64,000 bases of DNA from positions 4,650,001 through 4,714,000 of the forward strand of contig CM060734.1 of assembly GCA_030704615.1 (NCBI GenBank). Reading direction: 5' to 3'. The position numbers were made by a program, and so were the translations under genes. The notes beneath the pieces were generated by a model. That model ran no database searches, was not told the origin of the DNA, and was given only the letters and a program-made list of their open reading frames with translations. Below are positions 61,019 to 64,000 of the stretch, piece after piece (position 1 is the first letter of the stretch; each line of letters starts with the position of its first letter). The stretch is from Takakia lepidozioides. Taxonomy: Eukaryota; Plantae; Bryophyta.

Positions 61019-64000
61019 GAGGTTAGCTATTTCATGAGCATGAGTGGCATGAGCGGCATGAGCGGAGTAGCAAGTCAATCGGTTTTCATGAGCAGAAGTA
61101 CAAATTTTGGAAATTAAAAAAAACATTAAAAACATTATTTTAATGGAATGTGTCAGGAAAAAAAACCAATATAATATTCATTGTTTGAAGTAAAAATTGT
61201 AGTTTTGAGAGCCGTGCTCATGATATTTCGTCTTCCGCTTATGCGAATTCCGAGCGACATCTGCAAAAATGGCGCTGAATTTCGCGGTAATAGGTGTCTC
61301 CGGCAAAAAATGGTGCCGAATTTCGCGGCTATAGGTCCCAACATGGCAGGTGTGTAAGCCCAAAATTTGGAAATGTGGCGCCGAATTTTGGTACATGGTG
61401 CCGGGGATTGCACAAATGTTAGGCAGTTCTTGGGCCATGTAACTAGAGATTCGGCGCCATTTTTTCAGATATCGGACTTGCGGTGCTCGACGACACCTCC
61501 TCGGGCAACATCACGGGACCACGAGGGAGCGTGCGAATATTCTTGTCAGCTCGCCATGAATCCTCTTCTCCGCCAGGTGCCTCGTCAAGTCTTCGTCTCA
61601 CTGGACAGGTGTGAACATCTCCTTCCAAGTGTTGGCCACTTCGAAGCAATGACGTGTCCCGAAGGCCCTCTCGCAAGGCTGCCACCCACTTGCGAGGATT
61701 CTTTGATCTGGAGGTAGTCCGCATCAGCATTTCCTGCCTGTCCGGCCCCAAGCCCCACTGTTTCCCTTTCAAGAACTCGTTGTACCTGCATTGCTGCATA
61801 ATTGACCTCACAATGTCCTCCGTTGTGGCAATGAGGATGTCCACCAGATGCGCCGCAAATGAAGCACGCCATGAAGAATGTACTGATTCGGCCATGTTTG
61901 TTGTTGGCATGTCGGTGTCGGAGTCGAGACACATTTCTGCACATGCACATGTTGAGGTTACAAGCAAATTACAAATAATGAGTAGCTAGCATAATATTCA
62001 ACGGGACGCAAATTCGTCCAACTCACCTCCCGCATATAGTCGCCAAACTGGAGGAAACGATAATGCCACCATGCTAGCCAACTGACAAACTGTGTCTCTG
62101 CATCATCCAAGGTGGGAGCACGCTTCCACGCAAGACACATGGAACGGTGCTCCTCTCTGAAAGCTGGCGCCACGAGCCTGGTTGTGTACTGCGACAAGCT
62201 CTGCAGAATATGGAACCCACAAGATCTCTCCTTGCTTTTCATCGGAACATTGGGGTCTTCCCCGTACACCCTTCAGATGGCAGCCCAATTTGCTTGTGCG
62301 TTGTCCGCCATGAAACCACGGAAATTGGGAGGGGGCAATCCTGCCCTAGCCATCTGTTTGTTTATTCCCTGCCAAAGAAGCATCTCCGATTGTGTGTCCT
62401 CTCTTTTCATCTCACAAATAACAATTGTCATTAGCATCCTGCAGTGGGTGTCATAGACATGTGCACCCATTGTCACCCACTCGTGATTTGTAATTCGCTT
62501 GATATGGTCGAACATGACCCAATTGTTTGACAAGTCCCCACTCGTCATCCGGTGGACCAGTTCGACGCCGCTGCCAGGCTCACACGTTGATATTTTGAAT
62601 ACGAAACGGCGATCTGCCTCAGTCCCTTGTCCTAGAAACCTACTTCCATGAATGTAGTCATATCCAAATCGTCGCTTCACCTCCAGAATGGAGTGCATAT
62701 CCGAGCCACGCCCAATTCTCTGTTTGCAGGAGACAATGTGGTTTTGGACATTCGGTGAACAGACGTGGAACATTGACTCCAGCAATGCCTCCATTTCCTT
62801 CTCATCGAGAGGAACTCTGTTGGAGCCGTCTTCCGACATAATTCTGGCCAATGCCATCTTATGGGCGGCCTGCAGCTGTATCTATTTGGGTTTGGCACTA
62901 GGTCTCAACTTAACCTCCTCCTACACGAGCTGCTCTGCCTCGTGGGCAGCCTCCCGCGAGTTCCCCCTCGCCAATTTGTGACAATGGGAACCAACGTGTA
63001 TGCAAGCTCGTGTGAGGTCAGGGAAATGGTGCAACACATAGAACTACTTGGCATTACAAATAGACATGCAATGTGGTGGTTCTTTGCAATGCGCACACTT
63101 AATTGTGGATTTTGGAACCTTCTCCTGAGCTCAAAATGGTTGATGAGCTGTGCCTGTCCAATCCGTCTCGTTCCTGTGACCTCTGGATTTAAAGTGGAAG
63201 CAAGTTGGAGAGAAAAACCACAACGCGCCCGCACAAACAACGTAGCGCACCCGCACACCATCGAGCATCTTCATGCTGGTGGTTTTGGTGATGCACCAAG
63301 GATGACCGTCATGTTTCCTATCCATATCTGTCAACATTCCGGACGCCCTCGAATAGTCCGTTCGAGGAGGGAACTCAAAGAAGATATTACCGTCGACGTC
63401 TGCGGGAAGGCATGTAACGGATTTAATTGCAAACTTGCTGTAGTTCAGGAATGCGGCCCCTAGCCTTTGCGCAATAACTGCCAACGGTATGCAGTCAGAA
63501 GGTATATGACCAGTGCAAATGCGCTGCACAAACCAATAATTGTGGCGTCTGACAAGAAGCGTGGGGGGGCGAGCGTGCAAGCACCTTCCCCATGGACAGA
63601 GGGAACTAACAGAGGTGGCATTACAGTGGGTCTGATTGCAAGATTGAGTGCGAGACCCTCGCTGCCAAAAGTCAACATTCAACAAAATGCAACATTGCAC
63701 AAAAAGTGGAAGTTTGGTTCAAAGGAGACATTTTTATTAATAATGAACTGTGACAAGTATGGATGCCCTCACAAACCAAGGGAAGCCAAAAGTATGCATG
63801 CAATCCATGCTCCGGTAAGTTGGGAATTTGCTCCCGTGTTGCACTGTTCTCACCAAGAAGCTGGAACCTCGATTGGCCTCTCAATAAGTTCATGACTGAT
63901 AGGGTGTCGGTAGGTGAAGACAATGGATGCAACCCATTCGCCTTTGGTGTAGTGGACAACGGTGTCATGTCCTCCGATATATGCACCATCGTAAATCGAG
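61019..64000 (-). mobile_element. MULE-like element, copy 2, internally deleted, runs off the window
   Basis: Same terminus as 9674 and colinear with 9674-10150, 11460-13480 and 14255-14800. Lacks the SWIM region. Retains TTNMAES, FMADNAQAN and VMFDHIKR. Confidence 0.92.

Overview
Eukaryotic, almost entirely transposon-derived window. It is plant-type, judged from spliceosomal introns and fragments of the plant genes NUP88, GCN1/ILITHYIA and ABCA; the element repertoire suggests a non-seed plant. No intact host gene is visible. The main result is a Ty3/gypsy family present three times (24.5-29.6 kb +, 35316-46263 -, 47130-48.7 kb +). Its polyprotein reads Gag-protease-C5 cytosine DNA methyltransferase-RT-RNaseH-integrase-PHD finger. 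The complete copy has a 4-bp TSD (TAGG) but no ordinary LTR pair. Instead it has split direct repeats (X-internal-Y-X-Y) around a palindromic GACA-GC-TGTC junction, and a primer-binding position complementary to its own terminal repeat rather than to a tRNA. Other contents: a DUF7869/Sola-like DDE transposase; an orphan minimal SET-domain gene; two copies of a MULE-like element (GCM-like Zn domain, transposase, SWIM), one carrying a 96-bp hairpin array and a divergent ParB-like gene; a CACTA transposase hit twice by the DNMT family; a Penelope-like RT fragment; and two nested conventional gypsy elements. Nearly all coding regions carry stops or frameshifts. All domain calls come from motif recognition by eye, not database searches.
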